Notes: generated by a model not told the origin, from the letters alone. 64,000 nucleotides of DNA from a candidate division TM6 bacterium GW2011_GWF2_32_72 (GCA_945882015.1 CAMCVM010000001.1:76763-140762), one strand, 5' to 3'. Positions 37,126-46,944 are shown, counted from the stretch's first letter. Program-made: numbers and translations.

Positions 37126-38160
37126 TTAAAATAGAACGTTGTGAACAAATTGATTTACAACTTCAGTATATAATTCTTTTGCTTTTAAGCTACTGTGTAA
37201 ATGCTTGAAAGGGCTAATCAATGCACATTTACGTGTGTGCTTAACCGCCTGATACATACGATCAAATTCTTGATCATTTACTAAAAGATCTTGCTGATTA
37301 TGCACGAACATAATAGGTATTGTTATTTTTACTAAAAGATCCTCTACAAAAAAATCCTTATAAAAAAAACTTGTTGAAGCCAATAAGGGATAATAGAAGA
37401 GCTTAGTAGTAAGTGAAAGCCAGAATGGTCCCATGCTATTGCCTACTGTTGCAACTGCCACGGGATCTTCGGCCCATTTTTCACAAAGAGGCAAAACTCC
37501 AGCAGGACAACTATCTATAATAAGCTTATCAAATCCAGCTGTACCCGATTCTGTTAATGATACTTGCGTATCAAGCAATACCCATGCCCCATAACATTGA
37601 GCCGCCCCAATAATTTCATGATAACCTTGCTGTTGGACTGTTTGAAAAAGTTGAGTGAGTTGCTTAACTCGTTTTTTTCGTTCTTGAGCAGTTGGCGCAA
37701 TTAAAAAAGAGCAAACTTTTCCTGCTAATCCATACAAAGGTGTTTGATAATAATCAACTATTAAAACATCCGTATCATGAAAAATTCCTGCAAACCTTAT
37801 TAAATCATTCATTTGAGCACCATAGGGCGGCACAACAACTACTAAAATATTCGACGACCGATTACAATAATAAGCCTTAAAAGAAGCGTCATCTGACATC
37901 GTAAAGGTAAAAAGCGATACATCGTGCGAAAAAGCCTCTAATACTGAATCTGTGCTTTGATATTTTTGATAATAAGAAGAAGTAGCAAGCCAACTAAATT
38001 TTTTATGGGCATGCTCAAGAATGCTTTTAGGAATGGGAGCCTTGTCCTGATTACCTATTTTCCAATAAAAATTAGATGTATTTTTTAAAAAAAGATCTTT
38101 TTTTGCATACGTAGTTGAAAATAATAAAAAGCAAGCAATAATAAGCTTAAAACTATTCAT
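37126..38160 (-). CDS. Secreted alpha/beta-hydrolase-fold-like protein, hypothetical
   Basis: MNSFKLIIACFLLFSTTYAKK signal; elbow-like A-Q-C-Y-G-A, later NQQDLLV and KHLHSS as possible acid and His; fold assignment is by eye only. Confidence 0.4.
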   Translation of the reverse strand: MNSFKLIIACFLLFSTTYAKKDLFLKNTSNFYWKIGNQDKAPIPKSILEHAHKKFSWLATSSYYQKYQSTDSVLEAFSHDVSLFTFTMSDDASFKAYYCNRSSNILVVVVPPYGAQMNDLIRFAGIFHDTDVLIVDYYQTPLYGLAGKVCSFLIAPTAQERKKRVKQLTQLFQTVQQQGYHEIIGAAQCYGAWVLLDTQVSLTESGTAGFDKLIIDSCPAGVLPLCEKWAEDPVAVATVGNSMGPFWLSLTTKLFYYPLLASTSFFYKDFFVEDLLVKITIPIMFVHNQQDLLVNDQEFDRMYQAVKHTRKCALISPFKHLHSSLKAKELYTEVVNQFVHNVLF

Positions 38161-38199
38161 AGTGACCCCATTTACTTAAAAAGATATGTTTTTATACCT

Positions 38200-38625
38200 C
38201 TATTTAAGTGTAACAGAAATCAAACGAGTGTCATCAGCATCATGTTCAAGTTTAACAGCAATAACATTCTCTTCTAACATATCATTAATAACTTGTGGCC
38301 ACTCTATAAAAGAGAAACTATTTGATTGATATAAGTATTCATCAAACCCTGCTGCTATAAATTCATCTTCTGAATTAAGCCTATACAAATCAAAGTGATA
38401 AACAGTCTTGTCGTCTTTGAGTTTATAGGTTGTTACATAGTTATAAGTCGGGCTAATAACAGGGCCTGAGACACCAAGTTCTTTTAAAATTTCTTGCACA
38501 AGGGTTGTCTTGCCTGCCCCTAAAGGTCCTGATAAAGTAACAATAGGGTGAGTAGGCAACTGTTGAATAATATGCTGTGCAACATCAGACATTTCTTGTT
38601 GTGTTATTTTCTTTTTTTTCATCAT
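38200..38625 (-). CDS. tsaE: tRNA t6A37 biosynthesis protein TsaE
   Basis: LSGPLGAGKTTLVQEILKELG...ISPTYNYV...YHFDLYRL...IEWP. Confidence 0.8.
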   Translation of the reverse strand: MMKKKKITQQEMSDVAQHIIQQLPTHPIVTLSGPLGAGKTTLVQEILKELGVSGPVISPTYNYVTTYKLKDDKTVYHFDLYRLNSEDEFIAAGFDEYLYQSNSFSFIEWPQVINDMLEENVIAVKLEHDADDTRLISVTLK

Positions 38626-38628
38626 GAC

Positions 38629-39219
38629 TTATAGTTTATCAATTTTTTTATTTTTTTTACGTTCTTTTTTTGACAATTGCTGCTTTTTGATCTGATGATT
38701 ACGAGGATCATAATACTCTTCTTGTTTATTTTTTTCAAATATTTTCATGCTTGCAGCCTCCTGCATAAGCGCATCAACTTCTTCATTTGAGTCTTGAGTA
38801 AGCTTAATAATTTGATGCTCATTTTTTTTATGAGTCTGATCGCTTTCAAGTGCATCTTTGATTTTTGCATAAAAATAAAGCGGTTCAACAATTTCAACTA
38901 ATTGACTTTTAACCGCTTGCTTAATTTTTCTATCGGCAGTAACAACCATAATTTCTTTTGTTGGATGCTCTTGAACAAATTGGATAATTAAATCATCAGC
39001 GGTATAATCTTGGCCTGAAAAAAGTACTTGCACACCTCTTTGTTTTTCCTTTAAAGGCCCAAAGCAAGGACCTGCATCAAAAATGATCACAATTTTGTGA
39101 CCCCTTTTTTCACGATATTTCCCTAATAAATTGACAAAAGCTGTTCGCTTTTTTTCAGAAATGTCATTTGGATCAAAAATTTGTTTTAAAAGATTATACC
39201 CATCAATTACAATAATCAT
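38629..39219 (-). CDS. NYN/PIN-like YacP (Rae1)-family protein
   Basis: MIIVIDGYNLLKQIF...VIIFDAG...MVVTADRKIK pattern of YacP-like NYN domains; K/E-rich tail. Confidence 0.6.
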   Translation of the reverse strand: MIIVIDGYNLLKQIFDPNDISEKKRTAFVNLLGKYREKRGHKIVIIFDAGPCFGPLKEKQRGVQVLFSGQDYTADDLIIQFVQEHPTKEIMVVTADRKIKQAVKSQLVEIVEPLYFYAKIKDALESDQTHKKNEHQIIKLTQDSNEEVDALMQEAASMKIFEKNKQEEYYDPRNHQIKKQQLSKKERKKNKKIDKL

Positions 39220-39319
39220 ACATCCCTTACCCCTTGCAAAATAATTATTGACTATAATTGATTATTGCAAAAAATATACAAAAAAAGTACCTTTACAGTA
39301 TAGTTCAAGGAGACAATCA

Positions 39320-40156
39320 ATGTCACAGCTTATTCAGTTACGACAAAGACTTAAGGCAATTGGTACTTTTAAAAAAATTACCGGTGCTATGCGTATTGTT
39401 TCTCGTTCACTTCATACTCGAATGAACAAACAAAAAAAACACCTACTTGAGTATCAACAACTAATTCAGGATCTTTTCTTTGATTTACAAGGACAATCAC
39501 AATGGACTTGTGACATCTTGTTTCCAGAACCAACTGCTCCTGAAAAAATACTCTACGTTATTGTTGGAGCTCAAAAAGGGCTTTGCGGTAATTATAATAC
39601 TGAACTTAATTACTGGATTGAAAATAATCTCTCTGTTTTAAAGGCTAAAAATGTTTCCATAATGACATTTGGGAAAAAAACTTCCAATCTTATAAAACAA
39701 CATTCTTTAAATATTTTTCAACAAGCTCCAGAACTTAAAAATAGTACACTTGAAACATTAGCTGATACTCTTACCAATTTATTACTTAAAAGTGTCCCAT
39801 CTTATACCCAGGTATTTTTAGTACACGCTCATCCTGAAACTTTTTTTACACATCGACTAAGAAAAGATACTCTGATCCCGTTTGAAAAAAAACAAGAAGA
39901 GAAAAGTAATGATACTTTTTGGCAACATTGCCCAAAGTTAATTCTTGATACATTGGCACATATGTATTTGCATTGCCTTATCTATAATGCTTTATTTTCT
40001 TCATTATTAGGAGAGCAATCAGCAAGATTTCTTGCTATGGATAATGCAACACGTTCAGCAAATAATCTACTTGATACGATGCAACTTCAGTATAATAAAA
40101 TAAGACAAACAAAAATTACTCGTGAATTAACTGAACTTTCTTCTAATTTTAAATAG
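39320..40156 (+). CDS. atpG: F-type ATP synthase gamma subunit (isolated gene)
   Basis: ATG 39320 after AAGGAG; LRQRLKAIGTFKKITGAMRIVS (E. coli [22 protein letters not shown]), GLCGNYN, EQSARFLAMDNATRSANNLL...LQYNKIRQTKITRELTEL. Confidence 0.75.
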   Translation: MSQLIQLRQRLKAIGTFKKITGAMRIVSRSLHTRMNKQKKHLLEYQQLIQDLFFDLQGQSQWTCDILFPEPTAPEKILYVIVGAQKGLCGNYNTELNYWIENNLSVLKAKNVSIMTFGKKTSNLIKQHSLNIFQQAPELKNSTLETLADTLTNLLLKSVPSYTQVFLVHAHPETFFTHRLRKDTLIPFEKKQEEKSNDTFWQHCPKLILDTLAHMYLHCLIYNALFSSLLGEQSARFLAMDNATRSANNLLDTMQLQYNKIRQTKITRELTELSSNFK

Positions 40157-40160
40157 TTAA

Positions 40161-41483
40161 TTATTCATATAAATCGATTCGAGCACCAAGTTGTTGCAAC
40201 TTTTTTTCTAAATTTTGGTATCCACGCTTCCAATGATGAATACCTGTCACAATCGTTGTCCCTTGTGCGGCCAACCCTGCAAGAACCAATGCGCAAGAAG
40301 CACGAATATCACTTGCTATAACCGTTGTCCCATAAAGCTCCTGAACCCCACGTATAATTGCAACTGAATTTTCTATCTCAGCTTGAGCCCCCATTTTAAT
40401 TAATTCTTTAATATGCATTAACCTATTTTCAAAAACTGTTTCTTGTATCTTACTCGTTCCTTGAGTCAAAACCAATGCAGCTGTCATAGGCGCTTGTAAA
40501 TCGGTAGGAAACGATGGATAGGGAGCTGTTTTAATAGTAACAGGATGTGTTCTTTTTGAAGCCTTTATTTTTACACCTGTTCCATTTTTTCCAATTAATA
40601 TAGTATGCCCCATTTCTTGCAACTTTGTTAAAAAAAGCCCCATTGAATGGGCCGGCGCCTGAGGAATATCAATATATCCACCAGTAATTGCTCCTGCTAA
40701 TAGTAAAGCCCCTGCTTCAAGCCGATCGTACATAATTGAATATTCAATTGCTTTTAGTTCTTTTACACCAGTTACGCAAAGAGTTGCTGGAGCTTCAATA
40801 GTAATATGTGCACCCATTTTTTTAAGAACTTGAATAAAATCAAACACTTCTGGCTCTAATGCTGCATTAATTATTTTAGTAGTACCTTCTGTCAAAACAG
40901 CTGCTAAAACTAAATTTTCTGTTGCCCCTACGCTTGGGTATTCAAGTAATAAATTACGATGTTTAAGTTCTTTTACCGAACCTGACAAAATATCCTTTTC
41001 TTCATTAAAAACAACGCCCATTTTTTCAAAATTTTTAATATGATAATCGATTGGTCGCTCACCAATAACACATCCGCCTGGCAAACCTACTTCAGCTTTA
41101 TTAAATCTTGCAAGAAGAGCACCCATAACTAAAAATGAAGCTCTACATTTGTTCATAATCTCAAAAGGAATTTGAGCATTCTGAACAAATGTTGTATCTA
41201 CTTCTAAAATATTTTGATCAATATCAAATTCAGTATGTACACCCAAATGATTCATCAATTGAATAATAGAGAACGTATCTTCTAACGCTGGAACATTAAA
41301 AAGAGTTGATTTACCTTTTGTTAACAGTAAAGAAATAATAATAACTAATGTAGCATTCTTAGCACCAAAAAGTTTTGCTGTACCTTCTAATTTAAGAGAC
41401 TGCTCAACAAGAAGATGCGGCATCTTATGTTGAGGAATAATTACTTGTGATTGGTGTATCTGAATTTTTGAATCATACGACAT
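40161..41483 (-). CDS. murA: UDP-N-acetylglucosamine 1-carboxyvinyltransferase
   Basis: LKLEGTAKLFGAKNATL, active-site GLPGGCVIGERPIDYH; AAAGGA RBS before ATG 41483. Confidence 0.9.
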   Translation of the reverse strand: MSYDSKIQIHQSQVIIPQHKMPHLLVEQSLKLEGTAKLFGAKNATLVIIISLLLTKGKSTLFNVPALEDTFSIIQLMNHLGVHTEFDIDQNILEVDTTFVQNAQIPFEIMNKCRASFLVMGALLARFNKAEVGLPGGCVIGERPIDYHIKNFEKMGVVFNEEKDILSGSVKELKHRNLLLEYPSVGATENLVLAAVLTEGTTKIINAALEPEVFDFIQVLKKMGAHITIEAPATLCVTGVKELKAIEYSIMYDRLEAGALLLAGAITGGYIDIPQAPAHSMGLFLTKLQEMGHTILIGKNGTGVKIKASKRTHPVTIKTAPYPSFPTDLQAPMTAALVLTQGTSKIQETVFENRLMHIKELIKMGAQAEIENSVAIIRGVQELYGTTVIASDIRASCALVLAGLAAQGTTIVTGIHHWKRGYQNLEKKLQQLGARIDLYE

Positions 41484-41588
41484 TAAAAGTCCTTTGTTGA
41501 TAACAAAAAATAATATATCTTTTTTATTGCTAGTGTATACTAGTGCATCGTCGTTTACAATATAGTTTTACATTAAGCAAGGAACTCT

Positions 41589-42191
41589 ATGATTGGCCAA
41601 ATTCCCACTAAAGGACATATTGAAATAATTTGTGGGCCTATGTTTTCAGGAAAATCTGGAGAACTTATTAGACGCCTTTCAAGGGCTGTTATTGCAAGAA
41701 AACCGACCATTGTATTTAAACCCAGTATTGATGTTCGAAGAGGTGTTAATTTTGTTACCTCACATGATGGCGGAAAAATTCCTGCTTTTCCTGTTGAAAG
41801 TGCATTAATAATTCCATCATTAGTTCCTGATGAAATTAAAGTTGTTGGCATTGACGAAGCACAATTTTTTTCACACGAATTAATTGATGTTGTGCTTACC
41901 TTAGCTGCTGAAGGCAAATACGTAATTTTAGCTGGACTTAATCTTGATTTTAAAGGAATCCCTTTTGGTCCTATGCCAATATTAATGGCACTTGCAGACA
42001 CTGTTACCAAATTAAGCGCAATCTGTATTACATGTGGACAAGAAGCATTTTTCAGTCAAAGATTAGTTAACGGCCAGCCTGCACGCTATGATGACCCAAT
42101 TATTAAAGTTGGAGCTGAAGAATCTTATCAAGCACGATGCCGAAGCTGCTATAGTATTGATAAAAAGGTAGTATGGCAAAACAGTCTATAA
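41589..42191 (+). CDS. tdk: Thymidine kinase
   Basis: GPMFSGKSGELIRRL, VVGIDEAQFF, zinc-ribbon CxxC...CxxC at the C-terminus. Confidence 0.9.
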   Translation: MIGQIPTKGHIEIICGPMFSGKSGELIRRLSRAVIARKPTIVFKPSIDVRRGVNFVTSHDGGKIPAFPVESALIIPSLVPDEIKVVGIDEAQFFSHELIDVVLTLAAEGKYVILAGLNLDFKGIPFGPMPILMALADTVTKLSAICITCGQEAFFSQRLVNGQPARYDDPIIKVGAEESYQARCRSCYSIDKKVVWQNSL

Positions 42192-43537
42192 AATTCAGTT
42201 GCTCAAATTGTAATTACATTACACTCAAATGGATTGGTTGCTGTCCTGAGTGCAAAGAATGGAACAGTTTCATTCAACTGGAACAGCCAATTCTTACACC
42301 TGGCAATAAAACACTTTCAGGGTCAAGCAAACCATTAGTTATGAAATCACTCAATCAAGTAAGCATGACTCAGCAACAAAGAATGTTAACGGGCATTAGT
42401 GAGTGGGATAATGTCTTAGGTGGCGGTATCATGCCTGGCTCCTTACTGGTTCTTACCGGCGACCCTGGTATTGGAAAATCTACCCTTTTATTACATATTG
42501 CTTACAAGCTTGCCAAAAAGTATTCTGTTTTTTATTTTTCTTCTGAAGAATCACTTGAACAAGTAAAATTACGCGCACTGCGCATTCAGAGCGTCCATGA
42601 TAACTTATTATTTTCTGATCAAGCACAAATTGAAGGTATCTTGCAAACCTGCCAAGAACAAAAACCAAACGTAGTTGTCATTGATTCGATTCAAAACTGT
42701 TTTTTTTCAGAAAGTCACTCATTTCCTGGAACTGTTGGGCAGTTACGTGAAACTTCATTTGCCTTAATGAGACTTGCAAAAGAACATAATATTGCCATCA
42801 TTATCACGTGCCATATCACCAAAGAAGGGCAAATGGCTGGCCCAAAAACATTGGAACATATGGTTGACGGTGTTTTTTACCTACAAGGTGAAGACCGTTG
42901 GCACACCCGTATTTTACGCAGTGTTAAAAACCGTTTTGGTCCGATTAATGAACTTGGTTTTTTTGCAATGAGCAGTACAGGCCTTGAAGAAGTTCCGCAT
43001 ATCAATCAATATTTGCTTGATGAAGCAACCGATGCCCCTGGATCCGTATTGGTTGGGTGCCTTGAAGGATCTCGTCCATTGTTACTTGAAATTCAAGCAT
43101 TAACTGTGCCTACTAAATATGGAGTTCCTCAACGAGTGGTTACTGGAATTGATCATAAACGGGTAGTTCTTATTGCCGCAATTCTAGAAAAATATTTACA
43201 GATCAGATTAAGTTCCCACGACATTTTTGTAAAAGTAAGTGGTGGCCTTAAAATTTCAGAAAGCTCTTCTGATCTTGGAATTGCCCTAAGCTTACTTTCT
43301 AGCTATTTCCAACAAGCATTGCCAAAAAAAACAATGGCTTTAGGTGAATTAAGTTTGACAGGAAATATCAAAGCAATTAATGGTGTTGAACATTACATTC
43401 GAGAAGCACAAAAATTTGGAATTAGTAACATTTTTGTTGCTGAACAACAAAAAACAGCTAACTCCTGTAAAAAATTAAAAAATGTTTATCAATTACTTTC
43501 TTTGTTTGATGCTTCAGAAGAACCTATAGAAAAATAA
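42173..43537 (+). CDS. radA: DNA repair protein RadA/Sms
   Basis: FSCSNCNY...CCPECKEWNSF zinc finger, GDPGIGKSTLLL Walker A, KNRFG, Lon-like C-terminal domain; overlaps the tdk end by 19 nt. Confidence 0.9.
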   Translation: MAKQSIKFSCSNCNYITLKWIGCCPECKEWNSFIQLEQPILTPGNKTLSGSSKPLVMKSLNQVSMTQQQRMLTGISEWDNVLGGGIMPGSLLVLTGDPGIGKSTLLLHIAYKLAKKYSVFYFSSEESLEQVKLRALRIQSVHDNLLFSDQAQIEGILQTCQEQKPNVVVIDSIQNCFFSESHSFPGTVGQLRETSFALMRLAKEHNIAIIITCHITKEGQMAGPKTLEHMVDGVFYLQGEDRWHTRILRSVKNRFGPINELGFFAMSSTGLEEVPHINQYLLDEATDAPGSVLVGCLEGSRPLLLEIQALTVPTKYGVPQRVVTGIDHKRVVLIAAILEKYLQIRLSSHDIFVKVSGGLKISESSSDLGIALSLLSSYFQQALPKKTMALGELSLTGNIKAINGVEHYIREAQKFGISNIFVAEQQKTANSCKKLKNVYQLLSLFDASEEPIEK

Positions 43538-43570
43538 ACCTTATCAATCATTTCTGACTTATTATTAAAT

Positions 43571-44515
43571 ATGTTATCGGTAAAAAGACATTATTACCCT
43601 GAAAGAATAACAATGATAAGTATATTTAATCAAAAAAATAAAAATGGCATTGAAATTTTAGCAGTATGCATTAAAGATTTATTAAATCATCGGTATGCAC
43701 TTGCTTTTACTCTGTTGGCTCTGAGCTGTAATCTTTTTATTTTTAGTTGCTTTGTTGATCTAGAATATCACTATTATGGGATACACATTTTTGATCACAC
43801 CACCTTTAAAGAAATTTTTAATTTTAGTTTCTGGGACCACCTAGGACACGTACTTTTTGGATTTTTTACACTTTTTATTATCAACAGCGTTACTTCATTT
43901 TTTCAAATGAGCATAGCGTATACTTTTATTGAAAATTTATCACATCGGCCAGTTCATATAAAAAAACTTCTCTTACTTTCTTCCAATCACTTTATTGTTA
44001 TTATTCAATTAAGTTTAATGAAAACATTAGCAGCACTTCTTATTATTTTAAACGCTTTTGCATTAACAGAACATATTAGAAAATTACGCCAGCTCATATC
44101 TGGTAATTTTGAAGAAAAACATGATGAATACTCCAATCCAGAAAGCATGATCATGATTCCGATAATTGCGGAAAAAAAAACCAGTATACTAGATGCACTT
44201 AAAGAATCAAAAGTGATACTTACTAAGACTTTTGGTAAATCTTTTGAACCGCAGTTTAGTTTTTTAGGCTTTAAAATTTTTTATACCATTATGACTCTTG
44301 TATGTATAGGGGGTTTCTTGGCATTCATCCTGAAAACCCACATTTTTACAACACTGATTATTTGCTCAATTATTCTGATTACCTTTGCAAGTATCTTTGA
44401 AAATGTTAAAATATTTTTTGAGTCAAATGTTTATAATTACTGCAAAAAAGCTCCTCTTCGTTCTTTTTCAGAACAAGAACTTGTAAAGCTTTTTACTCCT
44501 CAATCAGGTGAATAA
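43571..44515 (+). CDS. Polytopic membrane protein, hypothetical
   Basis: 314-aa ORF with at least 5 hydrophobic segments; stop overlaps the next ATG by 1 nt (TAATG); start (43571 or 43613) uncertain. Confidence 0.5.
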   Translation: MLSVKRHYYPERITMISIFNQKNKNGIEILAVCIKDLLNHRYALAFTLLALSCNLFIFSCFVDLEYHYYGIHIFDHTTFKEIFNFSFWDHLGHVLFGFFTLFIINSVTSFFQMSIAYTFIENLSHRPVHIKKLLLLSSNHFIVIIQLSLMKTLAALLIILNAFALTEHIRKLRQLISGNFEEKHDEYSNPESMIMIPIIAEKKTSILDALKESKVILTKTFGKSFEPQFSFLGFKIFYTIMTLVCIGGFLAFILKTHIFTTLIICSIILITFASIFENVKIFFESNVYNYCKKAPLRSFSEQELVKLFTPQSGE

Positions 44516-45030
44516 TGTTTGAAAATTTCATTGAAAAAGTGATTACTTGGTTATCTCTCTATTTTTTACAAACAACAGCAACACTCATAATAGCATGGAT
44601 AAGCAGCTCTATTCTTCAACGATTACTTGTAAATTATATTAAGCCCAATACTCATTCAGCCGATTTGATTGATTTTTTAGGATCTACTGGTAAAAATATT
44701 ATTTTTTTATTAGCTTTTACGTCTATTCTTCATAATTCAGGAATTAACATTCATGGTCTTATTGCAGGACTTGGAATTACTGGTTTTGCATTTGGTTTTG
44801 CACTCAAAGATACTCTTGCAAATGTTATTGCTGGTGTTTTTATTATTTTGTATCAACCATTTAAAATTGGACAATACATACAGATTCCTGTCACCTCTTC
44901 TTTGATTAATCAAGGGAATGTCATAAAAATTAACTTACGTTATACAACACTTGAAAGTGAAAAAGAATTTGTTTTAATTCCTAATTCAATGTTATTTACC
45001 AATGCAATCACCATTATAAAACATAAATAA
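44515..45030 (+). CDS. Small MscS-family mechanosensitive channel protein (171 aa, short form)
   Basis: GLIAGLGITGFAFGFALKDTLANVIAGVFIILYQPFKIGQYIQI (pore helix TM3 plus start of the beta domain); lacks the usual C-terminal alpha/beta domain. Confidence 0.7.
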   Translation: MFENFIEKVITWLSLYFLQTTATLIIAWISSSILQRLLVNYIKPNTHSADLIDFLGSTGKNIIFLLAFTSILHNSGINIHGLIAGLGITGFAFGFALKDTLANVIAGVFIILYQPFKIGQYIQIPVTSSLINQGNVIKINLRYTTLESEKEFVLIPNSMLFTNAITIIKHK

Positions 45031-45049
45031 ACTCAAAAAGGCTGCTGTT

Positions 45050-46141
45050 ATGTTCTTTTTTTTTCTTCTCTTTTGCTACTGTAGTACGCTCATGACTAAA
45101 GACCCACTTTTACTGACCAAAGAAACGCTCATCAATCAAGGCCTAAAAGTTGAAAATGTTACAGAGTCTTGGAAATTTAATGCTCAATTGTTTCCTTTAA
45201 CAGAAATGCCAGAATGGTTTTATAAAATTCCTGGCGCTTACGTTATCGAACTAACAGGAGCAACTCTTTATTCAGACAATGGCATAGTGCTCTATAATGG
45301 AAAAATTTATCAAGATTCGTTATGGACCTGGTCAGCTTTATACAAGTCTCCTAATGATCTTTTCCCTATCCCTGCTGCTATTCCAATTCAAGGTAAAGTG
45401 GCAACGATCGCTTTAGAAGGCAATTCAAATTATTATCATTGGATGACAGAAATTTTACCCCGCCTTGCACTGTTGGAACAAGCAGCTATCGACTATGATT
45501 TTTTATATGTCCCAAAACTTCAGTACCAATTTCAAAAAGATACGCTCAAATTATTAGGAGTTGATTATGAAAAAATTATTGAAGGTGTCTCAAATACCCA
45601 TATTCAACCAACAACTGTTATTTTTCCTTCTCAAGTAGCACGCTCTTGCATTACTCCTGCATGGGTAGTTGAATTTTTACAAAAACGGTTCTTACAAAGC
45701 TATCAAGTAAAAAATGGTAAAAAACGAATCTTTATTAGTCGAGGTAATGCTGCAATACGTAGAATTTTAAATGAAGATGCTATTTTTGAAATTATTAAAC
45801 CATTTGGGTTTGAAAAAGTTTTAATGGAAAAAATGTCTGTGATTGAGCAAGCACAACTTGCTCATGAAGCTGAATTTATTATCGGAACCCATGGGGCAGG
45901 GATGACCAATATAGTTTTTGCACGGCCAAACACTACTATAATTGAACTATTTCAAGAACATCTTGATCAAACTTTTTTTGATTTAAGTACAACTATGAAT
46001 CTCACGTATTATTGCATTAAAACAGAACGAATTTCTGAACTAAGTGAAGAATCGGTTGATATCAGATTTAGAAATACGTATATCAATATCGATTTAATCA
46101 AAAAAGAATTAATTGAACTATTTGAGAGACTTCAATTATAA
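45050..46141 (+). CDS. Glycosyltransferase family 61 (DUF563)-like protein with N-terminal anchor
   Basis: EGNSNYYHWMTEILPRLALL and GTHGAGMTNIVFARPNTTIIELF match the GT61/DUF563 pattern. Confidence 0.6.
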   Translation: MFFFFLLFCYCSTLMTKDPLLLTKETLINQGLKVENVTESWKFNAQLFPLTEMPEWFYKIPGAYVIELTGATLYSDNGIVLYNGKIYQDSLWTWSALYKSPNDLFPIPAAIPIQGKVATIALEGNSNYYHWMTEILPRLALLEQAAIDYDFLYVPKLQYQFQKDTLKLLGVDYEKIIEGVSNTHIQPTTVIFPSQVARSCITPAWVVEFLQKRFLQSYQVKNGKKRIFISRGNAAIRRILNEDAIFEIIKPFGFEKVLMEKMSVIEQAQLAHEAEFIIGTHGAGMTNIVFARPNTTIIELFQEHLDQTFFDLSTTMNLTYYCIKTERISELSEESVDIRFRNTYINIDLIKKELIELFERLQL

Positions 46142-46185
46142 AACAGTCAATATGTTTTAATGAGCATAATTATTAATTTTGAAAG

Positions 46186-46479
46186 TTATTCTTTATTTAC
46201 TGCTCGATGATAATGAGTAATAGCATGACAACCATATACACCAGTCCATGCACCAAATAAAAAAGTTCCCCCTGCTCCAGCAACTGCCATCAAGGGATTT
46301 TTACATGCACATGCATGTAAACAGTACTTAAAACAAATTACAGAAGAATAAGCACTTGCCACTGTTGCACCTGTTGCTAACGCAGCTTCAAGAGCACTAT
46401 TTCTTTGTTGCATACCATGAACAATATGCATTTGAAAAAGAGTTATAACGGTATATAAAAATAATTTTTTAAATTGCAT
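46186..46479 (-). CDS. Small Gly/Ala/Cys-rich membrane or secreted protein, hypothetical
   Basis: From ATG 46479: MQFKKLFLYTVITLFQMHIVHG...; the longer track version would begin next to the 5S terminator. Confidence 0.4.
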   Translation of the reverse strand: MQFKKLFLYTVITLFQMHIVHGMQQRNSALEAALATGATVASAYSSVICFKYCLHACACKNPLMAVAGAGGTFLFGAWTGVYGCHAITHYHRAVNKE

Positions 46480-46580
46480 TGTGTTTTTCTTCAGAATAAG
46501 TAATTTTGGATCAGCATATTTATAACATTTCCACATGTACCTTGATTCTTCAAAAAAGGAAAATATAATCAGAAACAACA

Positions 46581-46612
46581 AAAAAGAGCCATATCTCTAT
46601 GACTCTTTTTTT
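46581..46612 (-). terminator. Terminator after distal 5S copy (end of rrn operon)
   Basis: On the minus strand AGAGTCAT/ATGGCTCT stem (one G-U pair) followed by TTTTTTGTTGTTT. Confidence 0.6.
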
Positions 46613-46619
46613 ATATTAA

Positions 46620-46733
46620 CCTGGCGACACCTGCTTTCCCGGTTCGTTGCCAAACAAGTATCATCGGCGATTCAGACTTAACTACCGTATTCGAGATGGG
46701 AACGGGTGTGACCCTGAACCTATTGTCACCAAG
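46620..46733 (-). rRNA. rrf: 5S rRNA, copy A (distal)
   Basis: Reverse complement CTTGGTGACAATAGGTTCAGGGTCACACCCGTTCCCATCTCGAATACGG...GGTGTCGCCAGG; helix I closes 5' and 3' ends; boundaries +/- 3 nt. Confidence 0.85.
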
Positions 46734-46791
46734 AAACTTTTCAAAATTTTTCAACCTACTCATTTTTTTCAAAAATCAATTAAATCAAACA

Positions 46792-46822
46792 AAAAGGAGC
46801 TCTATTGCTAGAGCTCTCTTTT
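46792..46822 (-). terminator. Hairpin plus T-run between the two 5S copies
   Basis: GAGCTCTA (46797-46804) / TAGAGCTC (46809-46816), 4-nt loop; on the minus strand followed by CTTTTTG. Confidence 0.5.
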
Positions 46823-46830
46823 TATATTAA

Positions 46831-46944
46831 CCTGGCGACACCTGCTTTCCCGGTTCGTTGCCAAACAAGTATCATCGGCGATTCAGACTTAACTGCCGTA
46901 TTCGAGATGGGAACGGGTGTGACCCTGAACCTATCGTCACCAAG
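46831..46944 (-). rRNA. rrf: 5S rRNA, copy B (proximal to 23S)
   Basis: Identical to copy A except at two positions (46895 G vs 46684 A; 46935 C vs 46724 T); 211-nt offset. Confidence 0.85.

Noticed and set aside
41484-41588. Partial palindrome TGCTAGTGTATACTAGTGCA between murA and tdk
   Set aside because: It has only 5-bp arms around a TATA core, and I could not assign convincing -35/-10 spacing or operator symmetry.
41573-42010. 145-aa minus-strand ORF
   Set aside because: It is antisense to tdk, which has clear thymidine-kinase motifs, and its translation is S/I/P-rich with no features.
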